Assembly: GCA_003576845.1 (NCBI GenBank)
Contig: QEVJ01000001.1
Coordinates: 92,537-156,536, forward strand
Length of the DNA stretch: 64,000 bases
DNA from: Planctomycetota bacterium
GTDB taxonomy: Bacteria > Planctomycetota > Planctomycetia > Pirellulales > PLA5
Direction of reading: 5' to 3'
Program-made: the position numbers and the translations under genes
Shown: positions 55,383 to 64,000 of the stretch, piece by piece
How positions within the stretch are numbered: the stretch's first letter is position 1
How the letters are laid out: every line of letters starts with the position of its first letter
The notes under the pieces: model-generated
The model's input: the letters and a program-made list of their open reading frames with translations, nothing else
Told to the model about the DNA's origin: nothing
Database searches by the model: none

Positions 55383-55835
55383 CTATCGCACGATAGTTCG
55401 AATCAGCACGTTCAGCGCAAGCCCAGCGCCCAATAGAAGGGAGGAATGCAGCGTCGCCGCGAGCAACGCCATCCGGCGCTCGATCTTTTGTGCGGCGCCG
55501 ATGCCCGCAGCCACGAGCATCGCATAGAAGATCCATTCCAGCGCACTCGCAGTCGCCCGCAGGGGTCGCTCGTCGACATACGCGGCGAGCCAGCGAATCA
55601 ACGGCTCGGTCGCGCTGCCGGCCAGACTCAACACGATCACCGCGGCGAGGACGATGCCCAGGGAAGTGCGAACGCCCGGCGGAGCGAACGGCTCGTATTT
55701 GCCGGCGTAGACGCCGATCCGGCTGGCCGCGGTACAGCCGAGCCGCAAAAACCCCGTTGCCGCAGCGAAGAACAAGACCAGGCCAACTACCAGGGAGCCC
55801 ACGACCACCAGCGGCGTCGAAACGTCGGCATCCAC
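55383..55835 (-). CDS. Hypothetical integral membrane protein (4 TM, 150 aa)
   Basis: Track ORF with four clear hydrophobic helices (LVVVGSLVVGLVLFFAAATGF; LGIVLAAVIVLSLAG; WIFYAMLVAAGIGAA; LLLGAGLALNVLI). Confidence 0.5.
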   Translation of the reverse strand: MDADVSTPLVVVGSLVVGLVLFFAAATGFLRLGCTAASRIGVYAGKYEPFAPPGVRTSLGIVLAAVIVLSLAGSATEPLIRWLAAYVDERPLRATASALEWIFYAMLVAAGIGAAQKIERRMALLAATLHSSLLLGAGLALNVLIRTIVR

Positions 55836-56062
55836 GTTACGTACTCCCTCAATGGCGGAACGATTGACCGCGAGACCGCGAGACCACGCGAAAGCCGCGC
55901 GGCATACACCCCAAGGTTAGGTTATTCCGGTCGACCGGTGCTAACGCTCGCGGGCTCGACGCCGTGGCGATTTGGACGGTCCCGTTGACCCGCCCGCCGC
56001 GACTGTGGTAGGCTTCTGTCTCGCGCTGCGTAGGGGCGCACTTTGACATTCCGATCGGCAGG

Positions 56063-57079
56063 TTGCGTGCGGTGAAGTTCGCTCGTCTCGGTCCTATCGC
56101 CGTACACCTGCCCGAACGCGTCGAAACGATCGACGATCTGCGGGCGGAACAGCCGACGTGGGACGTCGACCTCATCTACTCGAAGACGGGCATCCGTAAC
56201 CGGCACATCGCGGCGCCCGGCGAGTGTTCTTCGGACCTGGCCGTGGCGGCGGCGGAGAAGCTCTTCCGCGAGCAGCATATCGACCGCCGGTCGATCGATT
56301 TCGTGCTGCTCTGCACGCAGACGCCCGACTATCCGCTGCCGACTACGGCGTGCCTGGTTCAGGACCGGCTCGGCCTGCGGCTCGACGTCGGGGCGATGGA
56401 CTTCAACCTCGGTTGCTCGGGTTACGTTTATGGCCTGTCGCTGGCCGACGGTTTGATTCGCGGCGGCGTGGCCGAGCGCGTGTTGCTGCTCACGGCGGAG
56501 ACGTATACGAAGTTCATCGACCCCACGGATCGCTCGCTACGAACGATCTTCGGCGATGCGGCTGCCGCGACGTTGATCGATGCCGCCGCGGCGCCGTCGC
56601 TCGGCGCGTTCGTGTTCGGCACCGACGGCCGCGGGGCGGATACGCTGATCGTCAACTGCGGCGGCGCGCGTTCGGCGGACCAGGCGATTCAACCGCGGAA
56701 GCGCAAACGCTGGCCGAGCGCGCTGTACATGGACGGCCCGGCGCTCATGGAGTTCACGATCGAGGCCATCCCGCGGCTCGTCGATGCGGTGCTCACCCGC
56801 GGCGGCGCGAAGGAGAGCGACGTCGATTTCTACCTCTTCCATCAAGCGACGCACAAGATGCTCGAAAACTTGCGCGAGCGGATGGGCATCTCGCTCGACC
56901 GTCTGCCCGAGTGCATGGAAGACGTCGGCAACACGGTGTCGTCGACGATTCCGATCCTCATCGACCATTTGCGGCGCGGCGGAAAACTGCGGCCGGCGAT
57001 GCAGTCGATGCTCGTCGGGTTCGGCGTTGGGTACTCGTGGAGCGGCTGCCTGTGGCGCGAAACGTGGCAAGCCGGCTAA
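56063..57079 (+). CDS. 3-oxoacyl-ACP synthase III (FabH-like KAS III) family protein
   Basis: Track ORF of 338 aa (TTG 56063 or GTG 56072). The Cys-His-Asn triad contexts are DFNLGCSGYVYGL / FYLFHQATHKM / VGNTVSSTIPI. Confidence 0.88.
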   Translation: MRAVKFARLGPIAVHLPERVETIDDLRAEQPTWDVDLIYSKTGIRNRHIAAPGECSSDLAVAAAEKLFREQHIDRRSIDFVLLCTQTPDYPLPTTACLVQDRLGLRLDVGAMDFNLGCSGYVYGLSLADGLIRGGVAERVLLLTAETYTKFIDPTDRSLRTIFGDAAAATLIDAAAAPSLGAFVFGTDGRGADTLIVNCGGARSADQAIQPRKRKRWPSALYMDGPALMEFTIEAIPRLVDAVLTRGGAKESDVDFYLFHQATHKMLENLRERMGISLDRLPECMEDVGNTVSSTIPILIDHLRRGGKLRPAMQSMLVGFGVGYSWSGCLWRETWQAG

Positions 57080-57102
57080 GCGTCACGGTGCGAATCTGGA
57101 TT

Positions 57103-57192
57103 GGGTGCCACTGCTGGCTTGTCCAGAAGTGAGAATTGCCGATTGGGCTTGCCTCGCGAATCCCACTGCTGGACAAGCCAGCAGTGGCACCC
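57103..57192. repeat. Perfect 24-bp inverted repeat (REP-like) between convergent genes
   Basis: GGGTGCCACTGCTGGCTTGTCCAG (57103-57126) faces CTGGACAAGCCAGCAGTGGCACCC (57169-57192), 24/24 complementary. The 42-nt loop itself contains imperfect inner arms. Confidence 0.85.
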
Positions 57193-57303
57193 CCTTTGCA
57201 GAATATGACAGGTCACGATGCACTTGGCGAAGCGCCGGAATGCACTTCGCCGTCGTGACGGTCATCATCATACGGAGCATGATGACTACGTCGCGGCGTC
57301 GAT

Positions 57304-57528
57304 TCAAACGGCGACGCTGACCGGATGCGGCAGCGCGGACGGCGGCGCCACGCGAATCGCCTCGACGAGCACACTCTTCAAATCGGAGAGCGGAATCGTC
57401 TGCGGATTGACGTTCGCGTCGAGCAGTTCCGAGTAGATAACGTCGGCCAGTTCTCGGCGCGTTTTCACCGAGACCGCGCGACGAATGATGTTGTTACGAA
57501 TCTGTTGCGAAATCATGTCGTCCACCAT
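57304..57528 (-). CDS. Small hypothetical protein (74 aa)
   Basis: Internal ATG (57528, GAAGG 6 nt upstream) of track ORF 57304-57648. It reads MVDDMISQQIRNNIIRRAVSVKTRRELADVIYSELLDANVNPQTIPLSDLKSVLVEAI... No family was recognised. Confidence 0.4.
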   Translation of the reverse strand: MVDDMISQQIRNNIIRRAVSVKTRRELADVIYSELLDANVNPQTIPLSDLKSVLVEAIRVAPPSALPHPVSVAV

Positions 57529-58395
57529 GTGACCTTCTAGCCTTTTCTCTGTGTATTTGATTGCTTTTTGTGTCGATTTTCGGTCGCCGCTTCGGTTCAT
57601 GCCGAGCGGGCGACGCAAGGTTCTAGCCGAAACGCGCGCCGCGTCCAAGGCGAAACTTCACCGCGCGTGAAGCGGCGAAATTCGGGCGGTTTGCGAAACG
57701 CGAAGCGGCGTCGCTGGTTGCTCCCCGCTTCATCGTAACGCCAGGTTATGTTACCCCAGCGAGAAGATTCCTTCGTCTATTCGCCATAGGTAGCGAAGTC
57801 TTGGCATCCGCGACTACGGAAAGTACCCCGCTTCCGCTCAGTACGGTTTCGATCCATTTGCCATTGCTGCTGTCGCGTTGCCAGGATCGCGTATGCAAGT
57901 AAGACGCACGAACTTCCAATTGGTTCAACCCCGACGGCGCGAATTTGTTCGCCGGTGAGAAACTCTTTTCTTCCCGAATGTCGCCGAAAAAAGGGCAAAG
58001 TTTGCCGGCAAAATCGGCGGAATTCTTGGCCGGCGCACGAGAGACGGGCACGCCGCTTGCCCCGTCCGCCTACCTTGATAGTGCGCCGCGCGGAGCGAAA
58101 TGTAACGGGCATTTCGCAGACTTCAGGCCACTGCTGCCCACGCAGGGACGAGTCAAGGTTTATCGGTCGCGGTCCCCGGGACGATTTTCCCGTCGCGGCG
58201 GAGTCAATCGGGATAAAATAACTTATTGGGTCCCAAATCCCCGCGTTTCACCGTTTTTCCCAAAGAACATCCTTTACCAGCCGCGCCGGCCGGTGGTATC
58301 CTGACGCGATACGGAGCCAAACGTGGCCCCGCCGCTTCCGGGACGATCGGCGAGGCGTGCGTTTTCCGAGGAGCCGACGCTCGTCGCCCGACGCA

Positions 58396-59913
58396 ATGGC
58401 CAAGGTCAACACGGACAAGCTGGTCGAACTGTTGCGCCGCAGTAATCTGGCCGACGCCGCCCGCGTCGACCAGACGCTGGACGAGCTGGCGAGCGCGTCG
58501 GGCAGCCTTCCCAGCGAGCCGGAGTCGCTCGCCGACGCTCTCGTCGAGCGCAAACTGGTCACCCGCTGGCAGGCCGACAAGCTTCTCGAAGGCCGCCACA
58601 AAGGTTTCTTCCTCGGCAAGTACAAGCTGCTTGGCCATCTGGGCACGGGCGGGATGAGCAGCGTCTATCTAGCGGAGAACACCAAGCTCCACCGCCAGTG
58701 CGCGATCAAAGTGCTGCCGCAAAGCCGGGTCGAGGACTCTTCGTATCTCGACCGGTTCTACCTCGAAGCCAAGGCCGCCGCCGCGCTCGTCCACCCGAAC
58801 ATCATCACGGCCTTCGACATCGACAACCAGGACGACATCCACTACTTCGTCATGGAATACGTCGAGGGCCGCGATCTGCAAACGACCGTCAAGCAGGACG
58901 GCCCGCTGGACTATGAAACCGCCGCCGACTACATCGCCCAAGCCGCCGACGCCCTCGCCCATGCCCACGAGGCCGGCCTGATCCACCGCGACATCAAGCC
59001 GGCGAACCTGCTGGTCGACCACAAGGGCCAGGTCAAGATGCTCGACCTGGGACTCGCGCTCTTTCGCGACGAATCGCAGCCGTCGCTCACGATCGCCCAC
59101 GACGAGAACGTGCTCGGTACGGCCGATTACCTCGCGCCGGAACAAGCCGTGAACAGCCACAATGTGGACGCCCGGGCCGATATTTACAGCCTCGGTTGCA
59201 CGCTGTACTACCTGCTGACGGGGCATCCGCCGTTTCCCGACGGCACGCTCGCCCAGCGGCTGTTGGCCCATCAGCGCGACACGCCACCGAGCATCTACAA
59301 AGATCGCCGCGACGCGCCGCGAGAGCTAATCGAGATTTGTAGCCGGATGATGGCCAAGTCGCCGGACCGTCGCGCGCAATCCGCCCGCGAGGTGCGGCAA
59401 CAACTCGTCGATTTTCTGGCCGGGCGGGGTAAGAAAGCGTCGCTCGCCGGGCCGGGCAGTTCCGCGAAGCTCGGCGCCGCGGCCGCGGCCGCCCGAGCCG
59501 CGGCTCAAACGACGGCCCGTCGCGTCGCCCCGACGCCTGGCCAACCGATCGGCGGTGGTTCGTCGATCGGCCGAGGCAGCGACTCGGCCCTCGCTGCCGG
59601 CGATACCATCGCCGACCGGGACCGCGATACGTCCAAGATCGGCGGCAAGTCGGGCAAGAAGCTGCTCGTCGCCAAGCCGCTCGACGAACAGAATCCCGCC
59701 GATTCGCTTAGCGAGTTCGTCTTCGATCTCGGACCGCGGCGATCGACCGGCGCGACCTCCAAGGACAAGGCGTCAGCGAGTTCCGTGGCGACGTCGACGC
59801 GTCGCAAAAAGAAGAAGTCCGGCGAGCACGGCCCGATCTGGATCTGGATTCTCGTCGGCGTCGGGGCCGTCGCCTTCATCGCCCTGATCGCGGCGCTGAT
59901 CGCGAACTCGTAG
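58396..59913 (+). CDS. Ser/Thr protein kinase (catalytically intact) with C-terminal TM anchor
   Basis: Internal ATG of track ORF 58357-59913. It has GTGGMSSVY, CAIKVL, HRDIKPANLLV, DLGLA and ADYLAPE. A low-complexity linker and the terminal helix IWIWILVGVGAVAFIALIAALIA follow. Confidence 0.9.
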   Translation: MAKVNTDKLVELLRRSNLADAARVDQTLDELASASGSLPSEPESLADALVERKLVTRWQADKLLEGRHKGFFLGKYKLLGHLGTGGMSSVYLAENTKLHRQCAIKVLPQSRVEDSSYLDRFYLEAKAAAALVHPNIITAFDIDNQDDIHYFVMEYVEGRDLQTTVKQDGPLDYETAADYIAQAADALAHAHEAGLIHRDIKPANLLVDHKGQVKMLDLGLALFRDESQPSLTIAHDENVLGTADYLAPEQAVNSHNVDARADIYSLGCTLYYLLTGHPPFPDGTLAQRLLAHQRDTPPSIYKDRRDAPRELIEICSRMMAKSPDRRAQSAREVRQQLVDFLAGRGKKASLAGPGSSAKLGAAAAAARAAAQTTARRVAPTPGQPIGGGSSIGRGSDSALAAGDTIADRDRDTSKIGGKSGKKLLVAKPLDEQNPADSLSEFVFDLGPRRSTGATSKDKASASSVATSTRRKKKKSGEHGPIWIWILVGVGAVAFIALIAALIANS

Positions 59914-59930
59914 GGTGCGTCGCGAAACTC

Positions 59931-60110
59931 GTAGGGCGGGTCGAACGAAGTGAGGCCCACCAGGCGTTGAGGAATTGTGAATAGCAAGTGGCGAATGGTG
60001 AATTGTGCATGGAATCGTGGCGTCCGAAGAACATTCACCATTCACAATTCACCATTTTCAATTCGCAATTGCGTCCCGATGCCGGTGGGCCTCTCTTCGT
60101 TCGACCCACC
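59931..60110. repeat. Composite palindromic element (outer REP class GTAGGG..GGCCCACC, inner 7-nt GTGAATN/ATTCACN words)
   Basis: The outer arms are GTAGGGCGGGTCGAACGAAGTGAGGCCCACC (59931-59961) and GGTGGGCCTCTCTTCGTTCGACCCACC (60084-60110). The inner arms are GGAATTG TGAATAG CAAGTGG CGAATGG TGAATTG, facing ATTCACC ATTCACA ATTCACC ATTTTCA ATTCGCA (60033-60067). It lies between the convergent kinase and cheB genes. Confidence 0.85.
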
Positions 60111-60128
60111 TTCCACTGCATCGTCCCG

Positions 60129-61244
60129 CTACACGCCCACCGCCGCCCGGTCCCACATTCGTCGGACTTGCGTCGCGATCACACTCGCCGCGTCGTCGAG
60201 ATGAAACTGCCGGTCGATGTTCCCTTCGACGAACGCGACCTTGTTCATGCCGTATACGTCGGACGACGCTTCGTCCTGGCCCATCGTAAACCCGCCGGCC
60301 TTGCGGATTGCCCCGCAACCGTCCGAGCCATCGCGGCCCATGCCGGTCATGATGACGCCCAGGCAGCGGCTGCCGTATATCTCCGCGGCACATTTCATCA
60401 TTACATCGACCGACGGTTTGTGCCCGCTAACGTTCTCGCCGTCGCGTGCGAGGCACTTCACCACGCCGGCTTCCTTCCGCAGATGCAGGTGCTTGCCCCC
60501 TTGGGCGATGTACACGTGGTTCGGTTGCAAGACGTCGCCCGATTCGGCCTCCTTCACCGTCAGCGGCGAAATCGAATTGAGCCGCCACGCAAACGCCTTC
60601 GTGAAGTCCGCCGGCATGTGCTGCACCACGACGATCGGCGGCAACGGTCCGCGCAGCGACTGGAACAAGCCCGCCAGAGCCGGCGGCCCGCCCGTCGAAA
60701 TCCCGATCGCGATGCACTTGTCGTTGTAGTGCGGCGCTTGCGAAACAATCTTGCCGCCGGGAGCAAGCGGCATCGCCTGAGCCGGCCGCTGCTTCATCCG
60801 CTCCGCGCGCTCGCGGCGAATCTCCAGCATCCGCCGCACGTCCGTCCCCGCCATCGTGCGTATCTTGCGGATCAGGTCCTCGCGCAGCGCCGCATGAACC
60901 GCCGGTCCGCCTCCCTCGGGCTTGGCGACGTAATCGAGCGCCCCGCGGTCGAGCGCGTCGAGCGTCGTCGTCGCGCCCCGCGTCGTGAGCGAGCTGAACA
61001 TGATGACCGGCAGCGGCCGCCGCTTGAGAATCTCGTCCAGCGTCGTCAGCCCGTCCATCTCCGGCATCTGGACGTCGAGCGTCACGACGTCCGGGTTCGT
61101 CGAGTCGAGCATGTCGAGCGCCTTCCGCCCGTTCGCAGCCGTCCCAGCGACCTCAATTCCCGGCGCTTCGGCGAGAAAATCGCAAATCATCTCCCGCATC
61201 AGTGCGGAATCGTCGACTACCAAGACGCGTACGTTTCCGGCCAT
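60129..61244 (-). CDS. cheB: Chemotaxis response regulator protein-glutamate methylesterase CheB
   Basis: Track ORF of 371 aa. It has REC (VRVLVVDDSALMR...DVVTLDVQMPEMDG) and a methylesterase domain (IAIGISTGGPPAL, VVVQHMP, GHKPSVDVMM, GVIMTGMGRDG). Confidence 0.92.
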   Translation of the reverse strand: MAGNVRVLVVDDSALMREMICDFLAEAPGIEVAGTAANGRKALDMLDSTNPDVVTLDVQMPEMDGLTTLDEILKRRPLPVIMFSSLTTRGATTTLDALDRGALDYVAKPEGGGPAVHAALREDLIRKIRTMAGTDVRRMLEIRRERAERMKQRPAQAMPLAPGGKIVSQAPHYNDKCIAIGISTGGPPALAGLFQSLRGPLPPIVVVQHMPADFTKAFAWRLNSISPLTVKEAESGDVLQPNHVYIAQGGKHLHLRKEAGVVKCLARDGENVSGHKPSVDVMMKCAAEIYGSRCLGVIMTGMGRDGSDGCGAIRKAGGFTMGQDEASSDVYGMNKVAFVEGNIDRQFHLDDAASVIATQVRRMWDRAAVGV

Positions 61245-61510
61245 AGTCGAGCCTTCGTCGTTGTCGTTCGAGCCTGGATTGCAATGGTGCGGAGGTGACC
61301 CGATGCCGTCTCCGGTTATGAAAACGTAGGTCGGAGGCCACGTACAACCGTGCCCTCGGGTGTCGCGGTCGCGAACCGGCGGGAACGTGCCAGAGTCTTC
61401 ACTACGATCGCGCCGACCGTCGCAACCGGCCGTTGCCCTTGGAGCCGACAGCGCCCAAAGTCATAATCCGGCAACGGTGCAGCCCCAAGGCCGCCGAAGA
61501 TCCGCCTTCC

Positions 61511-61543
61511 CCGACCCCCGACCCCCGACCCCGACCCCCGACC
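61511..61543 (+). repeat. C-rich tandem tract (CCGACCC-type words) abutting the trpS start codon
   Basis: CCGACCC CCGACCC CCGACCC CGACCC CCGACC is followed directly by ATG 61544. Confidence 0.8.
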
Positions 61544-62509
61544 ATGCGCGTCCTCTCCGGCATCCAGCCCACCGGCCGATTTCACTGGGGAAACTACTTC
61601 GGCGCGATCCGCCAGTACATCGACCTCCAGCACGAGGAGGCCTCGTACTACTTCATCGCCGACCTGCACGCCCTGACCACCGTCCACGAACCGGCGCGGC
61701 TGCGCCAGTTGACCATCGACGCGGCCATCGACCTCGTCGCACTCGGCCTCGATCCGACCAAGGCGGTCCTCTTCGCCCAGTCCGACGTGCCCGAGGTGTC
61801 GGAACTCTGCTGGTTGTTGATGACCGTCGCCCCGATGGGCTTGCTCGAACGCTGCCACGCCTACAAAGACAAGGTCGCCAAGGGTCTGCCGGCGGGAGCG
61901 GGCCTGTTCACCTATCCCGTCCTCATGGCGGCCGACATCCTCGCCTACGATTCCGACGTCGTACCCGTCGGCGAAGATCAGGTTCAACACATCGAAGTCT
62001 GCCGCGACCTGGCCGGCGCGTTCAATGCGCGTTTTGGCCAAGAAGTGTTCCGCTTGCCCAAAGCGAAGGTGCTCGATCATTCCGCCAAGGTCCCCGGCAC
62101 CGACGGCGAAAAGATGTCGAAGAGCTACAACAACGTTCTCGAACTGTTCGAGCCGCCCGCCCAGCTTCGCAAGAAGATCATGCGGATCACGACCGATTCG
62201 CGACCGATAGAAGAGCCAAAAGACCCCGAGTCGGATCATCTTTTCCAGCTCTATCGCCTCGTCGCCACGGACGCCGAGCGTGAAGAAATGGCCGCCACGT
62301 ATCGCCGCGGTAACTTTGGCTACGGTCAGGTCAAAAAAGCCCTCGCTGACGCCGCCGACCGCTTCTTCGCCGAAGCCCGCGCCCGTCGCGAAGCCCTCGC
62401 CGCCGATCCCGCAAAGGTCCAAGCCATGCTCCGCGACGGCGCCGCTCGGGCACGCGCCGCCGCCGGCGCCGTTCTGCAGCGCGCGCAACAAGCCAGCGGC
62501 CTACGCTAA
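61544..62509 (+). CDS. trpS: Tryptophan--tRNA ligase
   Basis: Internal ATG of track ORF 61433-62509. It reads [22 protein letters not shown] (HIGH-type motif), [12 protein letters not shown] and KMSKS ([10 protein letters not shown]). Confidence 0.93.
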   Translation: MRVLSGIQPTGRFHWGNYFGAIRQYIDLQHEEASYYFIADLHALTTVHEPARLRQLTIDAAIDLVALGLDPTKAVLFAQSDVPEVSELCWLLMTVAPMGLLERCHAYKDKVAKGLPAGAGLFTYPVLMAADILAYDSDVVPVGEDQVQHIEVCRDLAGAFNARFGQEVFRLPKAKVLDHSAKVPGTDGEKMSKSYNNVLELFEPPAQLRKKIMRITTDSRPIEEPKDPESDHLFQLYRLVATDAEREEMAATYRRGNFGYGQVKKALADAADRFFAEARARREALAADPAKVQAMLRDGAARARAAAGAVLQRAQQASGLR

Positions 62510-62519
62510 GGCGCCGCGT

Positions 62520-64000
62520 TCAGTTGCGGCTGCCCCCGCTCGCGCCGCCGCCACTACGACCTCCGCCCAAAGTGCCGCCGGCGCCGCCCGTTCCGCCTTG
62601 TTGTGCGGTGCCTGGTCCTGCGGCCCTCGTCGCAGCGCCGCCGCGATTTCCGCCGCCCACGCCCAGCGATCCCGAGTTGCCCCGCCGCATCGGCGGCTGG
62701 CCGATTCCCGTTCGCGGGCCGCGCCAAAAACTATCCCGCAAACGCCCGGCGGCTTCCAAGTCGCTTTGCGTTTCCGGCGTGTCGATCCGCGTGCTCGGCG
62801 GGTTCGACTGTGGCCGCAACCGGTTATCCCGCGGAACGGGAGTTGGTCGCCGATTCGGAAACTGGTCGCGCTCGCCGCGACCGTCGAACGTCTCCTCGCG
62901 AATGGAACGATTGCCCGCCTCGTCGCGATTGCGAAACCGGCTGCGGTCGAACCGATCGTCGAGGTCGTTGAATCGCCGCGGAATCCCCGTGGGCTCGCGG
63001 AAAGCGGTGCCCGACCCATCGCGCAGCGTTTGCGTTCGCCGCGCCGCGTCGCCGTCCAACCGCGAAGCCGTCCGCGGCGCCGCGCTTCCCAACTTCTCCA
63101 CGATCTGACCGTCGTCCGGCAGCGCCGTCTGAAGCCGATTGAAGAACGCCTGATCGAAGGCGACGGGTAAGCTGACCGATTGTCCATCGCGCCACACGTA
63201 GATTCCCAGATCGTCACCCGCCGAAAATCCACCGAAGAACCGCAGTATGTCCTGCGTGCCCACCAGCGGCTGCCCGTCGAGACCATACAGCACGTCGCCC
63301 CGCTGCAAACCGATCTCGGCGGCGTAAGAATTCGGAACCACCCGCGTCACGGTCATTGCGCCGTCGGGCGTCCGGCCGAACGTCGCCCCGAGAACCGACT
63401 GAAGGCCCTCGATACTCGCATTGCCGAACTGCATTCGCGTGCTCGTGGTCGCGGTCGTGCCCGTTTCGTCGTGATCGATTGTGCTGTAATACCCCGTGTA
63501 CCGCGCGAGGTTCGCCGTCAGGTCCACGGCGCGGCCGTTGCGATCCACGGTGATGTCGAGCGCCGGATCGGTCCCGATGCCCGACAGGATGCGATCGACG
63601 TCGTGAAAGGTCTCCACCCGCCGGCCGCCCAGTGCGACGATCCGATCGCCGGCGCGGATGCCCGCCTCGCTCGCCAGCGAGCCCGGCGCCACGTTCGCAA
63701 CGATCGCCGGCGTCGTCCCTTCCATCGCGCCCAAGCCAAATGTCCGCAAGTCGCGGATCGCCATTCCGCCCCGCCCGCTGCGACCGCCCGGCGCCGCTGC
63801 GCTCGCTCCGCGCCCAGGTCTGACGTTCGCGTTTGTCCCGGCCATATCGACGTCCAGATCGACCAGGGCGCCGTCGCGAAGCACCGTCACGTTGACCCGC
63901 TCGCCGCCCAACCGTGCCAAGTAATTCATTGCTGCCCGCGGATTGCGGAACCGCCGGTCGTTGAGGGACACGATCGTGTCGCCGGGCTGCAAACCCGCGC
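62520..64000 (-). CDS. Multi-PDZ-domain protein with Arg/Gly-rich low-complexity C-terminus (5' end beyond window)
   Basis: Track ORF 62520-63992. The frame stays open to the window edge (…AGLQPGDTIVSLN is a mid-PDZ motif), so the N-terminus is missing. There are three PDZ-like units (GLQPGDTIVSLNDR; EAGIRAGDRIVALGGR; EIGLQRGDVLYGLDGQ). Confidence 0.75.
   Translation of the reverse strand, partial: AGLQPGDTIVSLNDRRFRNPRAAMNYLARLGGERVNVTVLRDGALVDLDVDMAGTNANVRPGRGASAAAPGGRSGRGGMAIRDLRTFGLGAMEGTTPAIVANVAPGSLASEAGIRAGDRIVALGGRRVETFHDVDRILSGIGTDPALDITVDRNGRAVDLTANLARYTGYYSTIDHDETGTTATTSTRMQFGNASIEGLQSVLGATFGRTPDGAMTVTRVVPNSYAAEIGLQRGDVLYGLDGQPLVGTQDILRFFGGFSAGDDLGIYVWRDGQSVSLPVAFDQAFFNRLQTALPDDGQIVEKLGSAAPRTASRLDGDAARRTQTLRDGSGTAFREPTGIPRRFNDLDDRFDRSRFRNRDEAGNRSIREETFDGRGERDQFPNRRPTPVPRDNRLRPQSNPPSTRIDTPETQSDLEAAGRLRDSFWRGPRTGIGQPPMRRGNSGSLGVGGGNRGGAATRAAGPGTAQQGGTGGAGGTLGGGRSGGGASGGSRN

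Noticed and set aside
57185-57200. Perfect sigma-54 consensus TGGCAC-N5-TTGCA
   Set aside because: It lies inside the right arm of a perfect 24-bp inverted repeat (REP class C) between two convergent gene ends. No credible gene lies downstream on the + strand (ORF 57218-57436 has no coding character). The match is most likely fortuitous to the repeat word.
57845-57855. GGTTTCGATCC, a tRNA/tmRNA T-loop-like string
   Set aside because: The flanking bases cannot form a T-stem or an acceptor stem, and no cloverleaf or tmRNA tag-ORF context is present.
57746-58112. Minus-strand ORFs of 101 and 111 aa in the low-GC gap
   Set aside because: They are mutually overlapping, have no start context, no motifs, and a composition unlike the genes in this window. 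They are kept only as part of the non-coding-region finding.
59988-62491. ORFs 59988-61298 (+, 436 aa) and 61316-62491 (-, 391 aa)
   Set aside because: They are antisense to cheB and trpS respectively, both of which have textbook motifs on the opposite strand.

Overview
High-GC segment (about two-thirds G+C by eye). The gene content points to a Planctomycetota (Pirellulales-like) chromosome: a cytochrome-c/PA14/DUF1592-DUF1588 plus DUF1552 pair, a DUF1570-like protein, a BBP7-like OMP, a PEP-CTERM protein, a secreted S8 protease with an LxFExLExR-type N-terminus, Ser/Thr kinases and a sulfatase. I call about 50 protein genes. I found no rRNA, tRNA, CRISPR array, cas gene, transposase or integrase. 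Many long ORFs in the track are antisense shadow ORFs typical of high-GC DNA and are rejected. Layout: (i) 1-11 kb holds envelope and protease genes: an RHH/micro-ORF/trypsin-like protease operon converging on an HtrA/pseudokinase/zinc-ribbon-STN operon. (ii) 11-20 kb holds a HicAB-like pair, a PEP-CTERM beta-helix protein, a DUF1570-like HExxH protein, a 1162-aa S8 peptidase with 12 tandem repeats, and a small lipoprotein gene. (iii) 20-33 kb holds TerC, the DUF1592/DUF1552 pair, two OMPs, and a TMEM175-GlgX-(AGE epimerase-like::STAS) operon. (iv) 33-42 kb is an island of small-molecule enzymes (two DJ-1/GATase1-like, ThDP enzyme, two NTF2-like, AKR, GMC oxidoreductase, VOC). (v) 42-53 kb holds hydrolases, a histidine kinase plus sigma-54 activator, a sulfatase and a DUF1207-like OMP. 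(vi) 53-64 kb holds a flavin reductase, a thioredoxin-fold gene, a FabH-like KAS III, a Ser/Thr kinase, an orphan CheB, TrpS and a multi-PDZ protein. The two most notable observations follow. (1) The thioredoxin-fold gene is interrupted by one in-frame UGA where the redox Cys would be expected, and a SECIS-like hairpin built from non-preferred codons follows it, making it a candidate selenoprotein. (2) A family of composite palindromic intergenic elements has arms made of degenerate 7-nt (and about 9-nt) tandem words. These elements fill nearly every gap of the 33-42 kb island. Related C-rich 7-mer tracts abut three start codons. All functional calls rest on motif recognition by eye. No database search was possible.
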